Positions 23,649 through 35,789 of a DNA stretch of 64,000 nucleotides are shown here, piece by piece. Under the pieces are notes generated by a model, which saw nothing but the letters and a program-made list of their open reading frames with translations, did not search any database and was not told the DNA's origin. The position numbers and the translations under genes were made by a program. Source of the DNA: Vicugna vicugna (Eukaryota); contig MU058718.1 of NCBI GenBank assembly GCA_013265495.1, positions 496,001-560,000 on the forward strand, given 5' to 3'. Positions within the stretch are counted from its first letter, which is position 1, and every line of letters starts with the position of its first letter.

Positions 23649-26600
23649 GTGAGTATGACTGTGTGGTAAGTGAGATGACAGGGCCTGCCCCTCCATGGTG
23701 AGAATCTCATCAGGCTTTGTCTCTTGATCAGTGTGGATCTAACGTAGAAGGTGCGTTCCAACCTAATTAATAGTTGCAGAGACAATACATAGCCAATAAG
23801 TATAGTCTTAAAACAGACTGTAAGGACCTGAAACACAAATGCCCTTTTCTTCTCGCATCCCCATTGCCTGCCTTCCACCTCCCACTCACACATCCTTGAG
23901 CTTTAGCTCACGCCTGTCTCCATAGAGCCTTCCCTGACTGGAGAGGATCCGAGGGTGCCTGTGCTCAGCCCCTGTTCTTTAAGGCCGTTTAGCTGACGGT
24001 GAGGGGTGGGAGATAAAACCTGGGCAGAGAGGTCTACTACACTATTTTGACTTCTAATCAAACCACCATTCGGGGCCTCTACCCTGTGTTCCAGTGTACC
24101 TAGGTGCCTCCGGGTATCTCTGGGGTCTTGCAGGGCCAGTTGGTTCATTTCTGGTTCCTTTGGCTCTACAGACCCAAGACTGTGCCTTCCGTGGCTTTCT
24201 CTCAGCTCTAGTTTGAGAGAATGCTTACTCTTCTCTTTCTCTCCTTTCTGCTACAGTCTTTTTTCATTCTTTGTCCTGTGGGTTCAGGCCTTTGCTACCA
24301 TTTGAGTTTTAGGAAAGGGTGGTGATACACATAGTCGTCCGTGTTCAACTGGAGTCAACTTGAGGGTCAGTGTTCATGATAATAAAATATTGTTGGCTAC
24401 ACCTAAATATCCTTTTTTGCAATTTCTTTACATAAAGTTAGTGAGTCCTGGGTGCTGGGGAAATACTGGGAGGTGTGTGTGTGTGTGTGTTGAAAGAGAT
24501 TTAAGAACAAAATGAAGTAGTATGTAATAAAATGCAATCATGTGCTTCCCCCCACCTTCTAAAAATGAACCAAGCTAAGTTTGGATAACTTGACTGAGGT
24601 GAAAGGTGACTGTCAAAATTGGAATAAATGAATCTTTGAGACCAACTGACTTCTGTGGCTCTGATGTGTTCCTGTTTCTTCGTCACTTAAACCATCCTGA
24701 ATGATGGTCCAGAACTTTTTTAAGTCTGTGTTGGAACCTGTGAACACCACCCCAGTAATCTCTGACACCTCTCCACAGCTGTTTTTCTCCTGTTTTCACT
24801 TCCACTTTCTCATTTATTTCTTCTAGGATTAAGAAGAAAGTAGGCAGAAGAGAGAAATTTAACTTCCTTAGTTTCTGACCTCATTCCTGCTCAGTAATCT
24901 CATTACCAGTCAGGGCTACTTGGTACCATGAAAGGATGTTACTACATCGTAACCATCACTGCTTCACTGCATTAAGGCTCTTAACACAAATCCAAACATC
25001 TTGCTGCCTTTCAGTGATCTGTACTCAGTGGCAGTGCCAAGGAGTGGCTGAAAAACAGTGTTGGTGGTGATGGAGTGATTAACCATACTATAATTTCTAT
25101 TAACAACCTCCTCCCCACTAACTTACTCCCAAATTATAACTAATGTCAACTGAATAAAAGTGCTTTTACTACAATTGGTTATTCTTACTGTTTTATAATG
25201 CACAGTCTAAGTAAGATCAGTATGCAAACACAGCTGTAGGCCCAGCCCTGTGGTATGCTTTCTTCCAGCAAGATTGCTATTCCTAAATCTTTCTTACATA
25301 GAAATTTTGAAATTACCCGTATCTTGTCCATGTGTAAAAGGTATGGAGTAATTTTCATATTATAAAAAGCTTAGCAGACCACATTAGGCCATGATCTTAA
25401 TGTAAGCAGTCTTCTCTAGAAGACCACCCTGTGTAGACTATGGGCAACATTTTACAGAAAGTTGTTTGAGGGTCATCTTGTGAGATCTTGGAAAAAATGG
25501 TGCCTTGGGGGTAGAAGGGAGTATCCTTTGGTTATTTCCTTTCTTAGCGAAAGGAAAATATCTCCAATAATTAAGCTTTTATGAAACAATACAAAGGAGT
25601 TAATTATTAACAGGAGGATTTGTCCTTGTACTAACAGGATTAAAATATAAGAAAAACACGGAATTATAGATCAAATAACTGAGTATGTTACTTTTGGATA
25701 TTTTGTTAAAAAATCTGAATAGTCTATTAAATGAAACAGAAGACTAAGATTTTATCCAACTGCTTATTCCTTATACGAAGTAGGAATATTTAGGGAATGA
25801 AGAGTAATAAAGCTGAATATCTTAGCAAAACGTTACCACTCATTTTAATCTTGCATGTGAAGTTTGTTCTATGCTTTCCTTTTAAACGAATGACCTTTCG
25901 ATGCCAGAAAAGTCAAATATCAAATAGTAAAGCCTTAAGTAACAAGAAAATGCCAGGAGTGAGTTGATCTGGTTTAACTCTAGTGAAATTCTAGAGTAAA
26001 TTTAGTTTGAATAGAAATTCCTTTTGTTGCTGAAGACCCATTGGACATGTATTAGTTTTCCTGCTTTACAGTAATTGAACATAAGTAAATCTTGAATATA
26101 GAATTGCAGTGCCTTGGGTAGCCATGGTTAATCTACTGGGCACCTACTGTGAAAGGGCACTGGGTCCGTTACTGTGGCCGCTAGAAAGAAGGAAACAGCC
26201 GCTACCCTCTAGGAGGGTGGACAGTACGAGGAGCAGCTGCCACAGAAATGCCTGGTTTGGAGCTCTGAGTTCAGAGGTGCCAAGATGGCTGTGCCTGGTA
26301 GGGTTGGAGAAATCCAGGGTTGGAGGGCTGAGCAGAATTCTAAATGGAAGATAATTTCCTCTAGGTATAGTTAATGCATAAATAAAGGGAAATAAGAGGG
26401 TAGGGAGCAGGTTGGTTAAAACAAGTAAGAGATTTAGGCAGAGGAGACTGGGAGGATAGGCATGAGATTACAAAGGGGCCCTTTTTCCCTGTTTCTGCTA
26501 TAAAAGTAATATACTAGAAGGTGGGGAAAGAACCTCTAGGCATGTATTCACTTAGGTTTGGGGCCAGAATTCATATTACCTGTGTGGTTCTCAAAAAACG

Positions 26601-26699
26601 CAAGGCACTAATTTAAGATGTCACTAAGGAGGTAACCTAGCAGAATCAAGTGCACATTCTGATCCACTTTTATCCAGGCTTCAAACAATTCCCACAAAT

Positions 26700-27460
26700 T
26701 TTCCTAAGAGCATATGAACAAGCCACCATGAGCCAGAGTCAGCTAAAACAAATGGTCAAAGAGGGCAGATGCTGGAGTTAACAGATATGGAATATACAAG
26801 TGTGTTAGAAAATAGAGTCCCGAAAGCTTGACAAAGGATGACGAAACTTTCAGAATTAAATAGGCAGATTGGTAAAATGACCAATTACAACTTCTAGGGG
26901 AAAAAGATGTGATAATTGAATCTGAAGCCCAATACACTCATATTAAAGCAACAGATTTGGCACAGCTGAAAATTAGTGAACTGGAAGGAAGGTCCGAAAC
27001 AATTGCACAGAAGGCAACACAGGTGGAAAACATGATTGAGAACTTAAGACATGGAAGACGGAGAAGCTCCAACATGCCGAAATTCCCGAGATAAGACACA
27101 ATGGGGTAGGGGTGAAATTAGAGAAGGTAACAGCTGAAGACATTTCCAGAGCACATGCAGCATATCAGTCTTCAGATTCAGGAAGTCTAATAAATCCCAA
27201 ACAGGCCAAATAAAATCAAGTCTCCACCCAGACACAATGCAGGCAATGGCAGAGTACACGTACTCAAATACCATAAAAGAAGCCACAGAAAAATATTACC
27301 TACAAGGTAACAGCAATTAGACTGACCACCCATTTACCAGGGGCAATACTGAAAGGCAGATAAGTATCAGAGTCGGACTAGAATTTTATTCCCAACAAGT
27401 ACCTCTCAGCAAATTACCTTGAAGAGTGAGGGCAAAATAAAGATTTTTTAAATTCAAAGA
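26700..27460 (+). mobile_element. Ancient LINE-1 ORF1-region fragment
   Basis: A-rich decayed ORF1-like sequence (ISELEGRSETIAQ; cttcagattcaggaag; gagggcaaaataaaga). Confidence 0.6.
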
Positions 27461-27467
27461 AGCTATC

Positions 27468-27873
27468 TGTTGGGACACACCTCACAGGCCTGCAAGCCCT
27501 GTAGTTGCTCAGCCTCAAGACCAAACAAAGAGCCCTGTTGACAGTGACAGAGACATCAGCAGTTTAGTGGACAGGGAACCTTACAAGTCCTGGAGTAGGG
27601 TACTGGAGCAACACCCACCGTTAAGGCACATGCAGCAATCTTCGCTGCTTGGGGTAGAATGAGGCTACCATTTATAGGGGGAACTGACGTCAGGTTGGCT
27701 CATCAGTTACCAGGGAAACCAGCGGCTGGGGCAGGGGGCAAGTATGTAGGCAGTTACCGATTAAGCCCTATCATTAGGAAGACTGGTTAGTCATGTGAGC
27801 GAGGCAGGGACCAGTCAAGCAGGGGACGTAAAGAGAGCAAGAGGTTAACCATCTTGAATGGCGTGACCATACA
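27468..27873. mobile_element. Solo LTR-like element in GCH1 intron 3
   Basis: TGTTGGG...CATACA termini around a ~400-bp GC-richer block with a TATA-like tttata and a CRE (TGACGTCA). It interrupts old L1 sequence. TSD unclear. Confidence 0.55.
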
Positions 27874-28973
27874 GTATATGAGTATCTTTAATGCTGAGAA
27901 AATAGAAATTCAAGACCTATTCATTACTTGAAAAATGAATAAACTAGGAATAAGAAATTATAAACTCTCTGAGCATAGAGGCTCTGTTCACCACATAATC
28001 ATATACATAGTAGGCACTCAATAGACCTTCCTTTGGCATGATAGCAGCTACCCACCAGAAATGGGCAGGCACCATGGGTGACAGTATAATGTTAGAGGCA
28101 TTCCTGTTATAGTAGGGTGGCAGACGTGTGACTGACGTCGTTGGCTATCCCAGGTACAAAGAAGCAAGGTGTCAGTTCTATCTGAGCAGCATAGTGGTGG
28201 GGGGGCTGGGGCGGAGGGCCGTAACATGCCTCAGAAGTGAGCTGATCCTTAAACTAAGTCCAAATTCATGACTAAAAGGCCAGATTTTAAGGAAAAGAGA
28301 CTTCATGTGAATTGGAATCCTCAAGTGGGTGATTCACGTGGCCCTCATTCCATTTCACAACTAGAGTAAATGATGTTGAAAGAGGAAATTCATCACTTGA
28401 CAGACTGTGTTATGAGCTAAGATCAGGGGCTTTTATTCTGGGGGGTTAATCCTACTGAGTGCTTATGTAGACCTGTCTTATAAAGAGGTGTCTGAAGAAG
28501 TCTGTTTAGTTCTAATCTGATTATCCTAATAGGTTTAGTTGGTACGTAGTTGACGTTGGTCTGCTATTAATTAACAAATAGTCTTTTTATTTTTTACTTG
28601 AACTTTAAGCTCTGATTAAACAATATAATTAATTAGAACACTGGAGACTTGGTCTAAAATTGATAGCTAGGGATCTTGAAAATTACTCACCTCTAATTGT
28701 TGTTTTTCCTAAGTGAACATTACACTTACTTCTCTCTTTGGGGACTGAGGGAAGCAACATGTGTGTCGTGGTTAGTGGTCTCCTTTAGACCCTCCCTCTT
28801 CTCATTTTCTTGTAGTTTATGTATCTTTCTATCCTCTTCCTATAAGCATGACTCCCCTACCCACACCCTCCAATTGCTTCAATACAGAAATTATTCTTTA
28901 GTCTTATGAGGAAGCCTTACCGATTTCACTTCAAACAATTTATGATTAACTAAAACAATTCTTTCTCTTCTAG

Positions 28974-29005
28974 GATTGTAGAAATCTATAGTAGAAGATT
29001 ACAAG
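28974..29005 (+). CDS. GCH1: GTP cyclohydrolase 1, coding exon 4 (32 bp)
   Basis: ttctAG|GATTGTAGAAATCTATAGTAGAAGATTACAAG|GTaaac. Translates (R)IVEIYSRRLQ(V). Confidence 0.98.
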
Positions 29006-29858
29006 GTAAACTTTTAAACTATTTTGTTTACAGAAAAACTTTTTCTTAAGGAAAAAGTATTTTTTGTTCTTATTATAAGTGTAATACATACGACTTTAAA
29101 AATTAAAACCTCATAAGAACATAAAACAAAGTCCACTGTGTTTCTCCAGAACAAATCATTGTATTTGCATATTTCTTCACATTTTGTTGCATATACTAAC
29201 ATTTAAAAATCAACTTATTTTTATTATAATGTATTTGAAAATGGGCTTCACTTTCTTTTTTCCCTACTTTCTTTTCACTTAACATCTTAAACTTTTTTTT
29301 TTCACATACATGTAACTATCTCATTTATTCTGTTGTGTATTTAGCATTCCATTGTATGGCTGTACTGTGGTTTGATTTAACTAACCCCTGCTCTCATTTG
29401 GGGATTTTGTCAGTTTTCAAATAGATGCAGTGCTCCAGTGAATGCTTACATGTTTTCTAAGATGAGTTGTTTATTCAGCACAGGAACTGCATTATTTAGG
29501 TTAAATCGTTGGTTTTCAACATTGCTCTAAGTACAATTCAGTAATTGGACTGTAGCGCCTCTGTTAATCCTGTTGCAAGCTATTTATTCATTTGCTTTAC
29601 TCTGCGTCCATGGGGGTACTTGTCAATATTCTGTTGGTCTTTCTGTGCACCTAAGGGACAGTCACCATTCTAATCCGTTCCCTCCAGTGGTGCTGGGGAA
29701 CTCCAGGTGCCTCCTGCCACCCGGGCAGCACAGCAAGTAAACTGGTAAAAGGTGGTGTGTCTTGGTTCTTAAACCTCGCAGAAGTCTTGCTTTTTAAGGT
29801 CGCAAATATTCTAGAGATAGCAAAAGCTTCCAGCTGTCTGTTTGTGTCAGACTCTTAA

Positions 29859-29969
<111 letters not shown>

Positions 29970-30746
29970 TAAGTATGCATTTGCCCTTAATAATGACATA
30001 GTGGGTTTTTCGGTTGGAGGTGTAAGGCTTAGATGTGGTGAATTTGTGCAACCAGTAGCGTTTTATGTCTTCTCTTGATTTCTTCTTTAGCTCTTTGTTG
30101 CTCTAAGTAGCATTTTCCTAATATTTTGTCACACATTTTAAAAATAAAGAGAGCTAAAGATAGGTCCAAAGGGCAACTGAAGACACTAATACAAGTCAGA
30201 ATGAATTATGGGAACTGCACACATCTTGTGGGCAGTTTTTGTCCATTCTTTGTCATGGCATGAACTGTGCACTGTGAATGCTGTCTGGCTTCCTCAGGCT
30301 GCTTAGACCCACTGTGGTCACCGGTCTCTGGATCCTGCCTGATGAGACCAGCACGCTTCAGTATTTCTCTGAACAGCTAGGCCAGCTTAGTGCTGTCTTG
30401 GTTCTGAAGATGGATCAAAAGAGAATTCTGAATTTCTTCCTGCCTAGAAGCTGTGTATCTCTGTAGACCCTCTGTATTAGTTTTACTCAGAAAGAAGATT
30501 CCATTTCCCACCCCCTCCTGCTGGATGCCTTCAGGACTCGACCAGCTTTTATAAAATAAAAGCTCTAAGACCTAGAAACTTAAAAAAAAAGTTTCAGACC
30601 ACATTTGTCTAAGAAGCAATATTTTGACATACTTGGTAACTGAACTCAGTAAATCAGATTTAATCTTTCGGCCTTGCTTTTTATTGTAAAAACCAAACCA
30701 GCAACTGTCTACTCCTTGAAGCCACCTTTGCTGTCTTGTTTTGTAG

Positions 30747-30873
30747 ACACATGTGTATGGTAATGCGAGGGGTGCAGAAAATGAACAGCAGAACCGTGAC
30801 CAGCACGATGCTGGGGGTGTTCCGGGAGGATCCGAAGACCCGGGAAGAGTTCCTGACTCTTATTAAGAGCTGA
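30747..30873 (+). CDS. GCH1: GTP cyclohydrolase 1, coding part of last exon 6 (127 bp incl. TGA)
   Basis: ttgtAG|ACACATGTGT...AAGAGCTGA. Translates (T)[41 protein letters not shown]. Confidence 0.99.
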
Positions 30874-31025
30874 GCCTCAGTGTGTGCCACGTGGTTTGCA
30901 GATCATGCAGCTACTAGCGTCGTCCATCTGGTCTTCATTGTTAGTACAGTCCACTGCCAGTTGTTATAAACATGAACTTTATTCCTTGTCACTAATTGTA
31001 TTTAGTAATTACTTATAGCAAGTCA

Positions 31026-31044
31026 AATAAAGATAATTAATAAA
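31026..31044 (+). terminator. Proximal tandem polyadenylation signals (AATAAA x2)
   Basis: AATAAA at 31026-31031 and 31039-31044, followed by T-rich sequence. Confidence 0.55.
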
Positions 31045-32892
31045 GGGGTGAGCCCTCTACTTTCTTCTTGCCACCTTTTAGTGGCAGCATTCAAGCAAAC
31101 TGCCAATAGTGTAAGTTATGTGCATAAAACCACTGCCTTTCAGGTAACTTGAAGGTGCCAAGAAGGGAGAATTCCCGTATTTTGTTCAGAGTCTGGTCAT
31201 TTGATTCAGAAGCACAGGAGTCTTGGGAATGAGAGAAAACTATGGCCAATGTATTTATTCTAGCCTCCCCAAATGAAAATGGTTTAGTGCTAAAAATAAT
31301 TTATGTAAGTGTGCAGCATTGATCTGCAAATTCAAAGTCCAACAGGCTCCACTTTAATCATGTTTATTTAACCACAGTGACACTTTATTTTTTATATATT
31401 TATTTTTTAACTATCCAGTTGTAACATTAGTCATCAAGGGAAGGTAGTGGAATATCTATGTTTTTTTGTTTTTTGTTTTTTTACTGTGAGTTAAAAAAGG
31501 CAATTTCTACCTTCCATTCTTTTTAAAATTCAGGTACAGGGAAATCAGTTCCTGGAGTTGTTTACGAGTATATTCTCTTGTCAACATACAGGGATTTAAA
31601 CATTTAACTCTCTGTGCCTTGATGAGAATATCACACCATTTAGAGTGTACACACCTTCGCCTTTTTTAAAAAAGCCATTGTTTTATCAGTCTTAGTACTG
31701 ACACTGCAGATAACTAGTCCTCACAGTTCTGCGTTTACACATTTCTTGGGAGCTTGCTTTGTGTATTCCTTGTAGCTTCCTCAAAATTTTTTTTTAACTT
31801 AACGAATATTTTTCTAAGTATTTTCAGAAACTTTTGAAAGTGTCCGTCATTTTCAGGTCTGCAGAACCACAGCTTCTGTGAACGTGACAGAATGCAGAGC
31901 TGCACTGTGGACTGTGTTATGAACTATGTCCCATGTCTGATGAATTCTGTATTGTTGGTGTCTGTGAAAATGCACCATAATTTTCTGGAATGACTGGAAA
32001 ATACCGGAAGCCCCTTTACTGGTTTCCCTTGTGGTCCATAAGGCTCTTGTCTTCAGTGTAACTGTTCAAGTGGTATAGGTCTTTTAGTCCAGGAAGCTGC
32101 TGCCTTATTATCTTAAAATTTCCTCCACTGGGGCAGTGTGGGCCAAACTAAAACAAACAAAAGAAAACCCCAACTCTGCAAAAACAAACGCAGTTACTCC
32201 ATGGAGAAGTCTCTCATTTGGATGACACTGTGCTCTTCAAATTTATCCCATTTCCTTAAGAGGGATTAACTACAGTGGTTGCGGTGACCTTGGAAGTCCT
32301 GTCTCTGTCACTGTGAGGCCATTTTGCTTGTTATACGGCAAGATGGCAGAGGTGTCTTTTTTTTTTTTTAATTATTCCCTATTTCTAATTCCTGTATTTT
32401 TTCCATATTTGGAGTTTCTAAAGTACAGTGGTGGTTGATTTTGAGTTCCTTTTGAAATCTAACCTGATACAGACATTATCCTGCTTAATGTTTAGACACT
32501 TAGAGACAATTAAACACTCAGCTCACACTTGGTATTTTAAAGTTTTCACAGGTGTAACTTGGAGGACCAAAGAAATTGTTAGCTATAAATTCATCTCTTT
32601 GCCATCAATTGCATTCCTTTTTAACAACTCTTTATTCCAACATTCCCTAGAAGTAGTTTCATAAAAATCTGAAGTATCCACAGTATTGGTCTGGAGTATT
32701 GGTAAATAAAAAGTAATTACCTTGTCTGTTTTACTCTGGTATGTAGCAGTTCAAAATTACCTTTTCATATCTGTGGCCTTGAGTCCATTTTGGGGATTTT
32801 TAAGAATTTGATGCATTTAAACACATTGTTCAATTTAATTGTTAAGATTTTATGTATGTGTGAATGTTCCTAAAGATGGTTTTATTTAAATT

Positions 32893-32898
32893 ATTAAA
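32893..32898 (+). terminator. Distal polyadenylation signal (ATTAAA); AATAAA at 32705-32710 is an alternative
   Basis: ATTAAA at the end of the AU-rich UTR, with upstream TGTA elements and a downstream TTTGCTCTTGTG. Confidence 0.5.
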
Positions 32899-33586
32899 GT
32901 GTTATGACTTTGCTCTTGTGAAACTAGCTTCTTTTTGAACAACTGGTATAGATACATCAACAAATTTGATTATTTAAATTGCATTCTGTTTTAGCAAAGA
33001 TACCTTTCATAAAGGCTTCTGTCAGCCATCAAGCTACTAGAATATAAATCCCAGAATATAAATTTAACCCTCTGGTATTTAGTTTGGATATTACTGCCCT
33101 CACCCTCCTGCAGTAATGGGAAGGGGCGATCTGGGGTAAGAGTAAGGAATCTGAGTGGCCCTCATGTCCCTGATCTAAGCCTAAGTTTGGGTAATGACAG
33201 CTCCTGAGAACGTGCACTGCTTTCTGTGTGGAAGCAGCTGAGGAGGGAAGAGCTGGCTAGAGCAGGGAGCTGGGCAGTGCAGGGAGTGGAAGTTTCCCTC
33301 CCTTTTCTAGGGAGCAGCCTGCCTGGGCAAAACTTCCAAGTAGGAGCAAAGGTTTTGCTTTTGCCACCTCTTTTGTGTCTGTGCCTGGTGACTCATCATT
33401 TCCTCTTTTGGGTGGTCTACTGCACCTAGGCAGAGACCCAACCCTCATTGGTTGTCAGTCTGTCCAAGTGCTGCTGCTTCTCGAAGGACCTCTGGATTGT
33501 GGGTAGTGAACCTAACCATCTACACTAGGAGTGCATGAAACTGCTAAAACCACAACTCACAGATATCAATCCAACAATGAGCTGCT

Positions 33587-34637
33587 ACATGTAAAAGGAT
33601 GAAGTTAGAACATTCTCTAACACCACATAGAAAAATAAACTTAAGATGGATTAAAGACCTAAATGTAAGACTGAACACTATACAACTCCTAGAGGAAAAC
33701 ATAGGTGAAACACTCTGATGTAAATCGCAGCAATGTTTTTTTTGGATCCATTCCCCAGAGTAACAGAAACAAAAGCAAAAATAAACAAACAGGTCCAAAT
33801 TAAACTTATAAGCTTTTGCACAGCAAAGGAAACCATAAACAAAACAAGAGGAGAACCTATGGAATGGGAGAAAATATTTGCAAACAATGCAACCAACTAG
33901 GGCTTAATTTCCGAAATATACAAACAGCTCATACAATTCAATAACAAAAAAACCAATCCAATCAAAAAATAAGCAGAAGATCTAAACAGACATTTCTCCA
34001 AAGAAGACATAGAGATGGCCAATGGGCATATGAAAAGATGCTCAACATTGCTATGAGAAATGCAAATCAAAACTACAATGAGGTATATCACCTCACACCA
34101 GTCAGAATGGCCATCATCAAAAAATCTACATACAGGTGCACCTGGAAAGGCAGCCGCCCCTGCAGCCACCACATCACTGGTCAGGCACTGCACGTTCATG
34201 GGGAACCTGGTGCTAAACCATTCCTAGAAGACCTGCTTCTTGGTCGGGGTTTAGTACGTAGCAGAGTAGCCCCTTCACTGCGATCTACTGAAAGTCAGCC
34301 CTCCACACAAGGGTTTGTAAAAACCAAAAGAGAAAAAAAAGGAAAAAAGTCCACAAATAACAAATGCTGGAAAGGGTGTGGAGAAAAGGGAGCCCTCCTA
34401 CACTGTTGGTGCCAATGTAAGTTGGTGCAGCTACTATGGAAATTCCTTAAAAAACTAAAAATAGACTTACCATATGATCCAGTGATCCCACTCCTGGGCA
34501 CGTATCTGGAAAAGACAAAAACTCTTAATTCAGAAAGATTCAAGCACCCCAATGTTCACAGCAGCACTATTTACAATAGCCAAAACATGGAAGCAAACTA
34601 AGTGCCCACTGACAGATAAATGGATAAAAATGTGGTG

Positions 34638-34668
<31 letters not shown>

Positions 34669-35166
34669 ATGTGTGCGCACGCGTGCATACATACACACAC
34701 ACACACACACACATATATAATGGAATATTACTCAAGCCATAAAAAAATAAAATAATGCCATCTGCAGCAACATGGATGGACCTAGATATTATCATAGTAA
34801 GTGAAGTCAGAGAAAGACAAATACCATATGATACCACTTATATGTGGAATCTAAAAAAAATGATACAAATGAACTTATTTACAAAACAGAAATAGACTCA
34901 CAGACATAGAAAACAAACTGATGGTTACCAAAGGGGAAGAAGTGGAAGATAAATTGGGAATTTGGATTAACAGATACATACTACCATATATAAAATAGAT
35001 AACAAGGACCTACTGCATAGCACAGGGAACTATAGTCAATATCATGTAATCACCTGTAATGGAAAAGAATCTGAAAAAGAATACACACATACACACACAT
35101 AACTGAATCACTTTGCTGTACACCTGAAGTACTGCAAATCAACTACACTTCAATAAAAACAACAAC
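33587..35166 (+). mobile_element. 5'-truncated LINE-1 carrying a nested 28S retrocopy
   Basis: L1 ORF2 3' part, 3' UTR and (AAC)n tail. TSD AACAATGAGCTGCT (33573-33586) / AACAACAAGCTGCT (35167-35180). Confidence 0.92.
34133..34342 (+). pseudogene. Polyadenylated 28S rRNA 3'-end retrocopy (SINE28-like)
   Basis: GGGGAACCTGGTGCTAAACCATTC...GTACGTAGCAGAG...TGAAAGTCAGCCCTCCACACAAGGGTTTGT is the 28S 3' terminus (ends 34318). An A-tail follows, and there is a degenerate TSD (aaaaaatctaca / aaaaaagtccaca). Confidence 0.95.
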
Positions 35167-35789
35167 AACAACAAGCTGCTGCTCCTGAGTTTTTTCACTG
35201 AAGATTGAACTGGCTGAGTTCCTTGTTTTATCACTTAGTGGAAGAGCAGTTGGAGACATCAAAGGTCTTAGAGAAGGATGTCTGTCAACACAGAACCCCC
35301 GGATTCACCATGATGGGCCTGGTCCTCCTGCTGATGGTGGAGAGGAAAGTCTCAGTAGATGCGCTCAAGGGTGAAGTGTAAATACCCGACAGCCCCAACC
35401 CTTTCAGGGGCATTAGCTTTGTGCTTATTTCAGTCTTTATTACGGAAAAAAGTGTACAACAGTAGACAGTACACGAGTTCAGGACCCTCATATGCCCATC
35501 ATCCAGCTTCAGTAAGTCTCAGCTCATGGTCATCTTGATTCCTCTGTACCTCCCCTCCCCACTGGATTACTTCAAAGAAAATCGCAGACATCATTTCATT
35601 CATAAATATTTCAGATTATCTAAAAGCAGAGGAATCTCATAACCCAAATACCATTATCACACAAAAAGTTAATGCTTTAATATCAGATATTCATTCAGTA
35701 CTCAATTTTTTCCCATTGTCCCATAATTTAAAAAAATAGTTTGAGTCAAGGTACAAATGAAGCCCATACATTACAATTGGTTGATCTGG

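Larger units (their letters stand above)
30874..32920 (+). other. GCH1: GCH1 3' UTR (end approximate)
   Basis: Repeat-free, AU-rich ~2 kb after the stop codon. AATAAA at 31026, 31039 and 32705; ATTAAA at 32893 with TGTA upstream and GT-rich sequence downstream. Confidence 0.75.

Noticed and set aside
34133..34318. Functional rRNA gene
   Set aside because: Only the last ~185 nt are present, mutated, polyadenylated and TSD-flanked.
34038..34601. 187-aa ORF as a novel chimeric protein
   Set aside because: It is a chance read-through of decayed L1 ORF2 and the inserted 28S fragment, with no promoter or proper start.
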